Of a stretch of 64,000 nt of DNA, positions 17,353 through 26,992 are shown piece by piece. The notes below the pieces were generated by a model, which did no database searches, was not told the origin of the DNA, and saw nothing but the letters and a program-made list of their open reading frames with translations. Each line of letters opens with the position of its first letter. Position 1 is the stretch's first letter. Both the position numbers and the translations under genes were made by a program. The stretch is from Bacteroidota bacterium (GTDB taxonomy: Bacteria > Bacteroidota > Bacteroidia > Bacteroidales > GCA-2748055): positions 3,081 through 67,080 of the forward strand of contig PDRI01000095.1 of the NCBI GenBank assembly GCA_002748055.1, read 5' to 3'.

Positions 17353-18942
17353 CTATCGGAGATACCTAAATGCAGCATCAATAACAAAGCTTCCCTCGCT
17401 CTGGTGCAGATGGTGGGTCGCAAGCAACCCCCGGTTAGAAGCCGGGTAAAAAACCCTTACAAGCTCTTCGCTGTATCCTTCAAGATCGAGTCTGACGATC
17501 CTGTTCAGGTTAAGGGCTTTTCCATAGATTCCGTCTTCGTTCCGTTGCGAAGGCCTGTAGAATTCCCCATTAAAGGAGAAGATCCTGCCTGCATTACGGG
17601 CCACCCGGCTATCAGTAATCACGGGATTCTGAGGATGGGGAATGATGCTGTTCAGTTTCAGGGAATCGACCTTATAAATATACAGCTCGCTGTCGACCGG
17701 ACTGTTTGGATCTGTTTGTTTGTTGGTAAACAACCATTTCTGCCCAAATTCATCATCAAAGAAAGAGGAATCGAAAAGGAGCTCCCCATGGAAAGCTGTT
17801 ACATAAAGCTCCCAGGAATCGGGAAAGCGCTTGCAGCGATAGATCTCCAGACGTTTATTCCCACTCGTTTCAGGCATTAAATACAACTCGCCCTGATCCT
17901 CAAAAATATTGGGATAGGACAAATGATAGGGTTTTACAAGTACATCTCTGATGTCGCTCAGTTCATGTCCCAGGAGCCTTCCACAGGAGATCTTGCCCAT
18001 CTGGCTTCTGTGATCGATGCTTTCAAAAAACACATACTGATCATCATTCTGCTTATACAGAAAAGGATCTGCCCATTCCTCACCTTTGCAGGGAAACACA
18101 ACATCGGTCCTGCATTTATCATGATCCAGAAAGTCGCCCTCTCCAAAGAACAGGGTCCAGCAAAAATAACGGCTGCTCCTGAGACGGTAATTCAGCCTGT
18201 GTAAAAGTTTGACAAAGAGGCCCGAATAGAATTGAAAGAGATAGTACAAGAAATGCCTTCCCCGTGGTAGTGCAGCATGCTGCTGTACTGAATCCGGGCC
18301 GGCATCTCTTCCTGCCGGAAGCTCGCCTGAAGCAAGCCTGCGCACTGCCTTCACCATTAGGGACACAGCCCCTTCCAAAGCCATCACCCTGCACTTTGAA
18401 ATGGAAAAACTCCGGTTGAAAAAGGCTTCATCAATAACAGACTGGGCCCCGAATTCCGATCCGCTGGCTATCAACCTGGCCCGTACACCCGCCTGCCTGT
18501 GCAACACCTCCCAGAAACCCACATGATGCTCATGTTTGTAGGCCTTCTCACCCAATTGCAGAGACAATGCTCCCAGGCGTGTTTTTACGACGAGAAGCTC
18601 CGGGGGCAGATCCAATTCAAGGCTGATGATAAGATCCGGACTGAAAGCACCGCTCAGGCCCTGCCCATCGTTCCCAAGAGCAACAATCTCGGTACCATCC
18701 AGCAAATCACCCGGCACTCTTTCTCCGGACTCGATCCCAAATAGTTGCCTTTCGAGCTTCATCTCCATCTCAAAGCAAGGCTCCCACCATCTTCCGGGTC
18801 GGAATTTGTGCCTGCATGAAGTTTCAAACCGATAAACAGTAGTCAGGCAAAGATCCGGATGCGCCAGAATCTCCCTGAGTATCCTCAACTTCCAGTTGGG
18901 AATCGCTTCGATGTCGTTGAGATATACGCCAAGGCTCAGCAT
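17353..18942 (-). CDS. Two-domain protein of uncertain function. The N-terminal half is formyltransferase-like. The C-terminal half resembles the bacterial family annotated as glucosamine inositolphosphorylceramide transferase (GINT1-like).
   Basis: The track ORF begins with TTG at 18945 and the ATG follows immediately at 18942. C-terminal motifs EEWADPFLYK, YVFFESID, HLSYPNIFEDQGELYLMPETSG, LEIYRCKRFPDSWE are recalled from that family. The assignment is from memory only. Confidence 0.45.
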   Translation of the reverse strand: MLSLGVYLNDIEAIPNWKLRILREILAHPDLCLTTVYRFETSCRHKFRPGRWWEPCFEMEMKLERQLFGIESGERVPGDLLDGTEIVALGNDGQGLSGAFSPDLIISLELDLPPELLVVKTRLGALSLQLGEKAYKHEHHVGFWEVLHRQAGVRARLIASGSEFGAQSVIDEAFFNRSFSISKCRVMALEGAVSLMVKAVRRLASGELPAGRDAGPDSVQQHAALPRGRHFLYYLFQFYSGLFVKLLHRLNYRLRSSRYFCWTLFFGEGDFLDHDKCRTDVVFPCKGEEWADPFLYKQNDDQYVFFESIDHRSQMGKISCGRLLGHELSDIRDVLVKPYHLSYPNIFEDQGELYLMPETSGNKRLEIYRCKRFPDSWELYVTAFHGELLFDSSFFDDEFGQKWLFTNKQTDPNSPVDSELYIYKVDSLKLNSIIPHPQNPVITDSRVARNAGRIFSFNGEFYRPSQRNEDGIYGKALNLNRIVRLDLEGYSEELVRVFYPASNRGLLATHHLHQSEGSFVIDAAFRYLR

Positions 18943-18981
18943 CAAAAGGCCTGTATTGGTCTCAGAGAGAGATGGAAGGAA

Positions 18982-19707
18982 TCATTTCTTCTGTAAAACA
19001 TAACGAAAAAAGCGCGGAGAGTAAACCAGGTAACGTCTCCACATGCGTTTAGGCTCTTTCACAAGCCGGAAAAACCACTCCAGACGAAGTTTTATCATCC
19101 AGGCAGGGGCCCGCTTCACAGTCCCTGCGTAAAAATCGAACACAGCGCCAATACTACAAATAACACCGGTGTCCAGGCTGTCTTTGTGCCTGTACGACCA
19201 AATCTCCTGCTTAGGCGCCGTCATACCAACAAAAAGGATATCGGGCTTAAAGGCATTCACAGCATCCAGCATTTGACGATTGTCCTCATCCGAAAACACG
19301 GGTTTATAGGGTGGAGAAAAGCATGAAAATGTAACATTCGGATACACTCTGCCAATCCTCTCCCCGATGGCTTCCAGGGTGGAAGGCATACTTCCCAGAT
19401 AGAATACCTTTAAGGCCTCTTTATTGGCTTTTTCCAGCAAATACTGGTGGATATCTGCACCGGCAATCTTGAAGATCTGCTCATTGCAAAACCGCTTCAC
19501 AGCCCAGACAATGGGAAAACCATCGGGCAATAAGAGGTCAGAAGCCTGCAAAGCCTTCTTAAACTCCTCATCCTCTTCTGCCACGACATAGGAGTATGCA
19601 TTGATGGTATTGATTAACTTCTGGCCCGGCTGATGCTTATAGGTCTTCAGGTTGATCCGGGCGACCTCATAATCGTGAAAGGGAATCCTTTTGATAGCGG
19701 ATGTCAT
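18982..19707 (-). CDS. WecG/TagA/CpsF family glycosyltransferase (GT26).
   Basis: 241 aa. LLLPDGFPIVWA, DILFVGMTAPKQEIW, GAVFDFYAGTVKRAPAWMIKLRLEWFFRLVKEPKRMWRRYL. Confidence 0.85.
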   Translation of the reverse strand: MTSAIKRIPFHDYEVARINLKTYKHQPGQKLINTINAYSYVVAEEDEEFKKALQASDLLLPDGFPIVWAVKRFCNEQIFKIAGADIHQYLLEKANKEALKVFYLGSMPSTLEAIGERIGRVYPNVTFSCFSPPYKPVFSDEDNRQMLDAVNAFKPDILFVGMTAPKQEIWSYRHKDSLDTGVICSIGAVFDFYAGTVKRAPAWMIKLRLEWFFRLVKEPKRMWRRYLVYSPRFFRYVLQKK

Positions 19708-19742
19708 AGCTTAATGTTTTTTTCTGAAAACCTTGATTCGCT

Positions 19743-20999
19743 TTAAGTTACCACCCTCTCGGGGCGAACTTTGCCCCGGAGCGGTTTACCGGACTTTTTC
19801 TGTGGCAGAAAAGGATAAGCCGAGAAAGCCTCATCGTTGCTGGAATACAGGTCAATCAGATAGAGCATTGTGCAGTTAATCAGAATGTTGGTACTCACAC
19901 TTCCAAAAGCCCCGGCACCAGTAACCAGGGTCAAAAGTATACCAAGAAAATTGAACTTAATAAAGCGTAACTTCTCGGGAAGCTTCTTCCGAAGTGCACG
20001 AACCAGAATAACAATGACCCCCAGAACAAAGAAGGCGCCATATTGGGTGTATTCACCAATCAGGCCAACGTCGGACTGAAAAAAATGATAGTGCTCCATG
20101 TAGTAGATCACCTTTCTCCCATAAGCTGAATGTCCGTCGGAAGCACCATTACCGGTAATATAGCTGAGCGGTGTTGGCATAAAATCTGTGAGAAAAAAGC
20201 GGCTTGCCAAAACCCTGATATTGCTGTCAACGCTCTCACTCTGGTCCCTGGTTACATCCAGCATCTCAAGAAAAACATCCTGAAACATGAAAAAGACAGG
20301 TAGTGCAATTGATGCACCCAGAATGAAAATCAAGAACTTCGATTTAATCACCTTACTCTGCAAAATGAATACGATGGTCAGGAGAATCATCGCTGCAAGC
20401 ATCTGTCTGGTTCCCAAAAGAACCAACACCACCAGGCTTAGCAATAAAAAAACGAGGTACTTAAATCGAAATGTCCGGAATGCCAGATACAACCAGATAA
20501 AATACGAAATGACAAAGAATCCCGCTCCGGGCATGAATATACGCAGGGTACCCCGGTCGATAAACATCTTGGCCGATGAAATCTGAACCGGGTACAGATT
20601 GTACTGGATCAGGTATATCAATATGTAGCTGACGCCAAGGGCTAAAATAACCCTGATAATGAATTCACCTTCAAGCTTCAGAAAATGCAGGAGGAAATAG
20701 AAGAGGTAAAAATAAAGCACTTTCTGTGCATAAGCTGTAGCTCCGACAGACTGGCCCTGAAAGGCTGAGGCACCAAACATGCTCAGCACCATTCCCGTCA
20801 TAATCAGGAGTATGGGCCCCCAGAACTGAAGCTTGTAAAACTCCTCGCGTCCATAAAACACAAACAGCACCAATAAGAGCAGTATCAAGGCAAGGGCAAT
20901 CCACTCTGCCAGCTTAAAAACCACCTCCGGGAAAACAACCAGATTGAAGAATTTAAGCGACAAAAGCATAACCAAAACAAACACAACCTTCTTGATCAT
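19743..20999 (-). CDS. wzy: O-antigen polymerase/ligase-like integral membrane protein (Wzy-type).
   Basis: 418 aa with many hydrophobic helices. It has a large loop with ITGNGASDGHSAYG...HYHFFQSDVGLIGEYTQYG, typical of Wzy_C-like proteins, and sits between the flippase and GT genes. Confidence 0.55.
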   Translation of the reverse strand: MIKKVVFVLVMLLSLKFFNLVVFPEVVFKLAEWIALALILLLLVLFVFYGREEFYKLQFWGPILLIMTGMVLSMFGASAFQGQSVGATAYAQKVLYFYLFYFLLHFLKLEGEFIIRVILALGVSYILIYLIQYNLYPVQISSAKMFIDRGTLRIFMPGAGFFVISYFIWLYLAFRTFRFKYLVFLLLSLVVLVLLGTRQMLAAMILLTIVFILQSKVIKSKFLIFILGASIALPVFFMFQDVFLEMLDVTRDQSESVDSNIRVLASRFFLTDFMPTPLSYITGNGASDGHSAYGRKVIYYMEHYHFFQSDVGLIGEYTQYGAFFVLGVIVILVRALRKKLPEKLRFIKFNFLGILLTLVTGAGAFGSVSTNILINCTMLYLIDLYSSNDEAFSAYPFLPQKKSGKPLRGKVRPERVVT

Positions 21000-21006
21000 G
21001 GCCTTC

Positions 21007-22452
21007 TTAATTCTTTCTTGATATGACCGATTTCATCGTCTCCAGCATGAATCTAAAACCATAAGCCGGAAACTCGTACAGATAGCGGAAGAATGGCCAT
21101 TTCATAAGCCTCAGCGACAGATAGGGCGCATACCAGTTGTTGGCCAGCCACTGAATAAAGAACTTGGAGAGAACCACACCCAGAAGGCCATAGTGCGGAA
21201 GTACAAGAAAACCGGCGAGCAGGATAAGCCCTCCCGAAACTGTTGAAGGAATCACAAAGGGCACATCGTTGGTCGAGGTAAAGACCGTAGCATGGAAAGA
21301 GGCATGAAGATCCAGAATCTCGGTTACCGCAATGATCATAAAAATCGTAAGCCCCACAAAACGGGTGTTCTCAATTCCGACCAGCTCCAGCACAGGATTC
21401 CCAATGAAAATGATCACCAAACTGGATGCAATGATAACCAGGAAGCCCAGGAACATGTATTCCGAGGATTTCTTTCTCAGATTGAGAATGTCCTTTTCGG
21501 CCGCAAGCACATAAATCTTTGGAACATTGGTATAAAACGGAGCCCTGGCTATATTGAGAACGAAGGTAAATATCCGCATGGTAAACAGGAAGTCGGCCAT
21601 TAGTTGCGCATCACTAATCTGGGAAGCAAGAATGGAGGTCCCGGACTGGATGGCGTAAGCCCCCCAGAATAACAGGCCCGTGCGCCAGGTAGCCGTCCAC
21701 ATCGAACGAAAGATTTCCTTATCGAAATAGTTGCGATGTTCAATAACAACCCCATGCCTTGTCAACCACCTCATAACAAACCACTTGACATAGAAGAACT
21801 TCATCAGGGCTTCCACCATCAAATAGGCGATGAGAAATGCGGGACCCAGCTTAAGGAGCAGAAGAACGACGAAAATGATTACACGCAGGACCCCCTGAAA
21901 TACGCCAAAGCGGGCCTCCTCGGCCACATAGCCCAATCCGCGCATAAAGGCCGTCCATTTAACAGCCAGCAGCATAAAGAAGCTATAAGGCACTACAATG
22001 AGAAATCCCACCCAAAGGTCCACCTGGTGATTCGACAATTCAAGAATGTTCCAGGCTGCTGCGAGTCCCCCGGTCGAAATCAGCACAACAGCAATCAGGG
22101 CCAGAAAGATATAGATCCGGTTCGACGTCGTGAGCAGATTCTTCAGTTTCTCAAGGTTGGGCGTCCCACTCTCCACCTTGTCGAACTTGTCATATTCCGC
22201 TTTGTTCCTCGGCAGATACTCCGCCCCGGCAAAGAAATAGCTCACTGCCCGAATCAGGGTATTCCCAAAACCGGAATCTGCCAACATCGCAAAGCCTATG
22301 ATGGTGTTGATAAAGAACCAGAAGGATTGCTCTATGGGGGTAAATAATTTGATCACCAGCGGCAGTACAAAAATAGCACTCCCAAAGCGCACAAAATAGG
22401 AAGCCCATGACATCATGGTCGGGCTGTCGTAGATCCTTTTGAAAAGCGACAA
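21007..22452 (-). CDS. wzx: Polysaccharide flippase (Wzx/MOP superfamily-like) membrane protein.
   Basis: 481 aa, roughly 12 or more hydrophobic segments, EPS-locus context. The track start at 22452 is TTG. An alternative ATG start lies at 22416 (MMSWASYF). Confidence 0.55.
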   Translation of the reverse strand: MSLFKRIYDSPTMMSWASYFVRFGSAIFVLPLVIKLFTPIEQSFWFFINTIIGFAMLADSGFGNTLIRAVSYFFAGAEYLPRNKAEYDKFDKVESGTPNLEKLKNLLTTSNRIYIFLALIAVVLISTGGLAAAWNILELSNHQVDLWVGFLIVVPYSFFMLLAVKWTAFMRGLGYVAEEARFGVFQGVLRVIIFVVLLLLKLGPAFLIAYLMVEALMKFFYVKWFVMRWLTRHGVVIEHRNYFDKEIFRSMWTATWRTGLLFWGAYAIQSGTSILASQISDAQLMADFLFTMRIFTFVLNIARAPFYTNVPKIYVLAAEKDILNLRKKSSEYMFLGFLVIIASSLVIIFIGNPVLELVGIENTRFVGLTIFMIIAVTEILDLHASFHATVFTSTNDVPFVIPSTVSGGLILLAGFLVLPHYGLLGVVLSKFFIQWLANNWYAPYLSLRLMKWPFFRYLYEFPAYGFRFMLETMKSVISRKN

Positions 22453-22626
22453 AGCGGTATATTTTTATTCGAAAAACTAAGCTAACAAAATGTTTTTGAC
22501 CAGGGAGGTAAAATCGCGAAAAGTTATCGTCGAATCAAGAGTCTTCTGGAAACGCCCTTCATGTTCGGAAGCACAAGCACCCTGCCTTCCGGACCGGGTA
22601 GATTTCCCCGCAGAAGAACCGGGACC

Positions 22627-23427
22627 TCATCCTGCCACAAGCAGGGGTATTTCATGAATCCTGGCAGCCACCTCAGAAAATGAACTGAAATAACTCCCAA
22701 TGATCTCGGAGGTATGCCCCAGACAAAACATATCGATCAGGGCATCCTCAATCCCTTCTCTGCTATTACGGGAAAGAACCTTTTTTGTTGCCATAATCTT
22801 GTCGCCAAACACCTCTCTCAAGGTCAACTCCTCGGCCTTCGAATCGGTCGAAAGGAAAAAACTGGTTTTTGGATTCCGGGCGACCTTATCCTCCATCAAA
22901 GAAATGAAAACAGAAGTTTTACTTCGATTGATTGAATGTACATTATCGGTTCGCCTGATATGAATTCCTATGGTATCGGGACTGAAGTTGCCGGTCATCT
23001 CCTTTATCTGTTCATCCAGTTTGGGAACTGGTCTGAAACCGAAAAAAGGCCTGTCGCCGGGATAAAAATCATGCACCGAAGCCAAAAAGACCCTATCGAA
23101 GGAGGCAAGAGCTTCTTTAGCAAACTCTTCCGGCCTGATCTTATCCTCATCGAGGAGATTAATCGCACGGTCATAACGGAGGGCCTTCAGTCCAAAATAG
23201 AACTTGTAAAAACGATTTTCATGAAAAGGTGTAGCTGACTGTTCCCTTACCTCAAACTCTTCGGGAGGCTGAAAGAGATCCGAAAACCGGCAGTTAAGCC
23301 CTTTATAGGGGGTCCAGGTCACGCGAAGATCCTTCTCCACATCCCGGGCAAGCCAGTAAGCCGCATTAATTACCCTCAGGCGGTTTGCCAGGCCCGCCAG
23401 GGCTTCCACCTCTATAAACGATCTCAT
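22627..23427 (-). CDS. Putative fucosyltransferase-like glycosyltransferase (HxRRxD motif), 266 aa.
   Basis: The track ORF (to 23595) overlaps the upstream gene. The likely start is MRSFIEVEALAGLANRL at 23427, which forms an ATGA overlap with the upstream stop. Motifs: GIHIRRTDN, FFLSTDS, DMFCLGHTSEIIGSYFSSFSEVAA. Confidence 0.45.
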   Translation of the reverse strand: MRSFIEVEALAGLANRLRVINAAYWLARDVEKDLRVTWTPYKGLNCRFSDLFQPPEEFEVREQSATPFHENRFYKFYFGLKALRYDRAINLLDEDKIRPEEFAKEALASFDRVFLASVHDFYPGDRPFFGFRPVPKLDEQIKEMTGNFSPDTIGIHIRRTDNVHSINRSKTSVFISLMEDKVARNPKTSFFLSTDSKAEELTLREVFGDKIMATKKVLSRNSREGIEDALIDMFCLGHTSEIIGSYFSSFSEVAARIHEIPLLVAG

Positions 23428-24326
23428 ATTTCTTTCTTTTTCAATCCAAGCTTGTACTTGATCACACTGCCAGTTTCCATGGCATAGGATACAAGCAGGG
23501 CCTGGTAAGCAAGAGGTGAACGAGCATGCCTCCGGTAAAATTTGCATGCCTTTCTGATGTTCAGATTTGATCGAATGTCGGTACATGCCTTCCAAAGCCC
23601 CTTAAAACTACCTCCATGATCAAGTCCGGTAGTATTGCTGTCGTTGAAAATCCTCAGCTGCCCGTAAACGGTCTGGGTATAACCAGCCTTTTTAGCCCTT
23701 AGGGTATAATCGCTGTCGCCATGATACTGTGGAAAGACCTTTGCATCCCACAAGCCAACAGTCCGAAGCACCTCGATGGGAACCAGGGTCCCCATCCCGG
23801 GCAGCCAGTCAACGTTCTTGGGTTTTAAATACTCCTCCGTATCGGCCGCTTCATAGCCATACATCCCCCGTTTCCCATTTCGCGGATTAAAGTAACCGCC
23901 ATAGGACCAGATCAGATTTTCGCGTTTGGGATCTCCGAAAAAGTAAATCTTTGATCCCAGAATCACCGGTCCATCCATTTGTCCCACAAGGGCATCCAAC
24001 TCCTGAAAATAGTCATCCGCTGCAAGGATGTCATTATTCCACAAAAGCACATAGTCTGCCTTCATCTCATCAAGGGCATACCGGGCCCCCATATTAATTC
24101 CACCGCTCCACCAAAGATTCCCGTCGCCCTGCAGGACGAGGACCTCGGGATGGTGCTCTGCAAGCCAATCGGAGGTACCGTCACTGGACCCGTCATCGAT
24201 CAGCACAATCGTAAAATCACTGTAGCGAAAACTGGCCAAACTAACCAGCTTATGAAGCTGAGCAATGCACTGTTTTGTATTTTCCAGCCGGTTAAAGACC
24301 GGAATCAGAATGGCAATCTTCTTCAT
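23424..24326 (-). CDS. Family 2 glycosyltransferase, paralog of 34080..34982.
   Basis: IAILIPVFNRLENTKQCIAQL...IVLIDDGSSDGTSDWL...LWWSGGINMGA...LLWNNDI...GDSDYTLRAKKAGY. Confidence 0.85.
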   Translation of the reverse strand: MKKIAILIPVFNRLENTKQCIAQLHKLVSLASFRYSDFTIVLIDDGSSDGTSDWLAEHHPEVLVLQGDGNLWWSGGINMGARYALDEMKADYVLLWNNDILAADDYFQELDALVGQMDGPVILGSKIYFFGDPKRENLIWSYGGYFNPRNGKRGMYGYEAADTEEYLKPKNVDWLPGMGTLVPIEVLRTVGLWDAKVFPQYHGDSDYTLRAKKAGYTQTVYGQLRIFNDSNTTGLDHGGSFKGLWKACTDIRSNLNIRKACKFYRRHARSPLAYQALLVSYAMETGSVIKYKLGLKKKEI

Positions 24327-25429
24327 CTAAGCACGCTTTTAAATACCGCTATTTGATAGTCGGGGTTGTAATACTCATCCACCACCTCATAACAGGCCTC
24401 AAGCAGGTCCTTCGATTTTTCCGGGTGCTGAGCAAGCCACTCCCTGGTCACTCTAAACAGATCATCCTCATCATTCTCCTGAAAGAAATCTCCGGTAATG
24501 CCCGGTTTAATGGCTTCAAATTCGGGCATCTGAAGATAGAAATTATTGTGCGTGATCGCCGGAGTCCCATAACCGAGTGAATGAATAACCGTTAATCCAA
24601 TGTTTCCGGGTGACACGCAAAGGGAGGCATTGAATAAAAGCTCTCCGATCCTTTTCTCATCATAACAGGCCCCGTAAAACCATGCCCGATCCTCCAGAGC
24701 CAGTTCTTTGGCCAGAGAGAGCAGGGCATTACGCTCAATGCCATCTCCAACAAATACCACGTTCACCGGACTGCCTGCATCCAGCAGGCGCCTTTGCAGA
24801 CGGAGAATCATCGGCAGCTTCTTAACCGGCTCGAGGCGACCAATAAAAATCAAAACAGGATCGTCATTGTTAAAATGAGACCTGAAAACTTCGGTCTGCT
24901 GAAGCCCGATCCTGACCAGGCCCTGGCTTGAATAGGCAAGGGAATTGTAGATTACATGCAGCTTTTCGGGCTTAAAGCCCCGCCCGATCATCAGCTCCCT
25001 GGCATAATTTCCATAGAGAAAATGGCCATTAAATATCCTGAAATACAAACCCTTAATCGTCCTTACAAGCCATCTATCCTTCACAAACTTCCCATGGGTC
25101 CAGGTATAAACCTTTTTGCCTAATAAGCGGCAGGTAAGGCCAACAAGCCAGGACGAGATATCTTTAGGCTGGCCTTCCACGATATAGCAGCTATACGCTT
25201 TGAAACAGAGTCGCAGAGACCCCGCTAAATAGTACTTGCCCTTGATAAATGTGCAGCGAAGTTCATGAACGGGCCTCTTAAACAAGCTGTAATCGAGCTT
25301 CTTGATAGGTGTATCCAGCTTATCCCCAAAATAAAAATCACATCCGAGCCCATCCTCCATATGCAGAAAAATCTCCTTTCTGTAATGAGGCGCATAATTG
25401 AATATGCAACAAATGCTGGAAGAAGCCAT
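24323..25429 (-). CDS. GT-B fold glycosyltransferase (GT4-like).
   Basis: 368 aa. VLIFIGRLEPVKKL...VVFVGDGIERNAL...ASLCVSPGNIGLTVIHSLGYGTPAITH. The stop overlaps the next gene's ATG (ATGA at 24323-24326). Confidence 0.7.
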   Translation of the reverse strand: MASSSICCIFNYAPHYRKEIFLHMEDGLGCDFYFGDKLDTPIKKLDYSLFKRPVHELRCTFIKGKYYLAGSLRLCFKAYSCYIVEGQPKDISSWLVGLTCRLLGKKVYTWTHGKFVKDRWLVRTIKGLYFRIFNGHFLYGNYARELMIGRGFKPEKLHVIYNSLAYSSQGLVRIGLQQTEVFRSHFNNDDPVLIFIGRLEPVKKLPMILRLQRRLLDAGSPVNVVFVGDGIERNALLSLAKELALEDRAWFYGACYDEKRIGELLFNASLCVSPGNIGLTVIHSLGYGTPAITHNNFYLQMPEFEAIKPGITGDFFQENDEDDLFRVTREWLAQHPEKSKDLLEACYEVVDEYYNPDYQIAVFKSVLR

Positions 25430-25558
25430 CGCCTTTTTTACAAATGAAGGCCTAAGATAATGTAAAGATATAAGAAATTGTATGGAAGTATTTCACTAAT
25501 TTAGCGTTCCGCAACGAGTATGGCCCCTGAACCCGGCACAGGGGCAACAGGATATCAA

Positions 25559-26680
25559 ATGAAAGCAAAAAAGATACTGTTTATACTGCATCTTCCTCCT
25601 CCGGTCCATGGAGCTTCCCAGATTGGTCAGTTCATCCGGGATAGTAAGAGCATCCGGAATGCTTTCGATTGTCATTTTATCAGCCTTTCGAGCGCCAAAA
25701 AGCTTTCCGAAATCGGAAGATTCAGCATCCTGAAGATTCTCCTCTTGCTGAAATTGTATTGGCGGGTCTTCCGCTTTTTGCTCCTTAACAGGACCGACCT
25801 GTGTTACATTACCCTGAATTCTCACGGGGGTTCATTTTTCAAGGATGCGGGAATTGCGCTCATTACGCGCATGTTCAGGCGAAAAACCATTTACCATTTT
25901 CACAACAAAGGGATTCGCGATTATCAGGACAAATTCATCTACAACCTGGCCTACAAAGCGGTCTTTAAGAAAGCCCATGCCCTGCTCCTTTCCCCCCTGC
26001 TCTATCCCGACATCAAAAAATACCTGTCCCCGGATCGGGTTCATTATTGTGCAAATGGCATTCCTGTCCACCCTGTGAAGCCGCATTCGCCGCAACAGGA
26101 GAAATGCAGGATTCTCTTTCTTTCCAACATGATGAAAGCCAAGGGCGTTCTCGATCTGATAGAGGCCTGCAAGCTTTTGAAAAAAGAGGGCCTCAGTTTT
26201 CATTGCGATTTTGTCGGAAAATGGTTTGATGTGGACGAAGCCCAGTTCAAAAGCCTTGTATCGAGGCATGAACTGGATGATTATGTCTGTTCACACGGTG
26301 CACAATTCGGGAACGATAAGGAAGTCTTTTATTCAGAAGCCGATCTTTTTGTATTTCCTTCCCGTAACGAAGCCTATCCCCTGGTCCTTTTGGAAGCGAT
26401 GCAGCATAAGCTACCCGTAATCTCGACCAAGGTAGGAGCCATCCCCGAAATTGTGGACGAAGAACATACCGGACTCCTGGTAGAATCGCAAAACCCCGCG
26501 CAACTGGCCCTGGCTATGTCTCGCCTGATCAGGGAGCCCCAAACCAGAGATCGCTTTGGTGATGCCGGTTATAAGAAGTTTTGCGAGCACTACACCCTGA
26601 ATATTTTTGAACAAAAACTAAAAATCATTCTTTCAGAAATCACCGGTGCTGATGAAGGTGATCCTCCATCCCTTCGTTGA
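25559..26680 (+). CDS. Group 1 (GT4) glycosyltransferase.
   Basis: The likely start is MKAKKILFILHLPPPVHGAS at 25559 (the track ORF starts at 25520). C-terminal motif: LFVFPSRNEAYPLVLLEAMQHKLPVISTKVGAIPEIVDEEHTGLLV. Confidence 0.85.
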   Translation: MKAKKILFILHLPPPVHGASQIGQFIRDSKSIRNAFDCHFISLSSAKKLSEIGRFSILKILLLLKLYWRVFRFLLLNRTDLCYITLNSHGGSFFKDAGIALITRMFRRKTIYHFHNKGIRDYQDKFIYNLAYKAVFKKAHALLLSPLLYPDIKKYLSPDRVHYCANGIPVHPVKPHSPQQEKCRILFLSNMMKAKGVLDLIEACKLLKKEGLSFHCDFVGKWFDVDEAQFKSLVSRHELDDYVCSHGAQFGNDKEVFYSEADLFVFPSRNEAYPLVLLEAMQHKLPVISTKVGAIPEIVDEEHTGLLVESQNPAQLALAMSRLIREPQTRDRFGDAGYKKFCEHYTLNIFEQKLKIILSEITGADEGDPPSLR

Positions 26681-26882
26681 AAAAGAACGGATGGGTTCCG
26701 GGAATCCCTAAGTTGCAAACCTGCCATCCGAATTGGATCGAGAGCCCTAACCAGGGCTTGCTGAAAAAGGCTGTAGTGCATCAGATACAAGACAGCAAAA
26801 CCTAGCTGTATAGGAATACTGCAAGTTGCAGCTAAGGCAGTAGATGATGTGCGACAGACGAATGATGTATAATTCCAGATTA

Positions 26883-26926
26883 AAATGCAAGCTTCATCCG
26901 ATGATAGGATCATCATGCTTGCATTT
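26883..26926 (-). terminator. Candidate hairpin terminator downstream of wecB.
   Basis: AAATGCAAGC...GATGAT-agg-ATCATC...GCTTGCATTT forms a two-part stem. On the minus strand it is followed by TTTTA. It lies 67 bp beyond the wecB stop. Confidence 0.45.
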
Positions 26927-26992
26927 AGCTGTTCCTATATTCTTCTAAATGACTGAATATATGCTAGAATCATGTTTTTCAGCAGACCCTAA

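Noticed and set aside
22627-23595. 5' extensions of track ORFs: 22627..23595, 25520, 36826, 51168 (TTG), 56375, 57057, 61124, 18945 (TTG) and 34074 (TTG).
   Set aside because: The extensions overlap neighbouring genes or use rare starts. Internal ATGs give canonical N-termini (signal peptides, GT motifs, ATGA coupling), so the shorter models are preferred.
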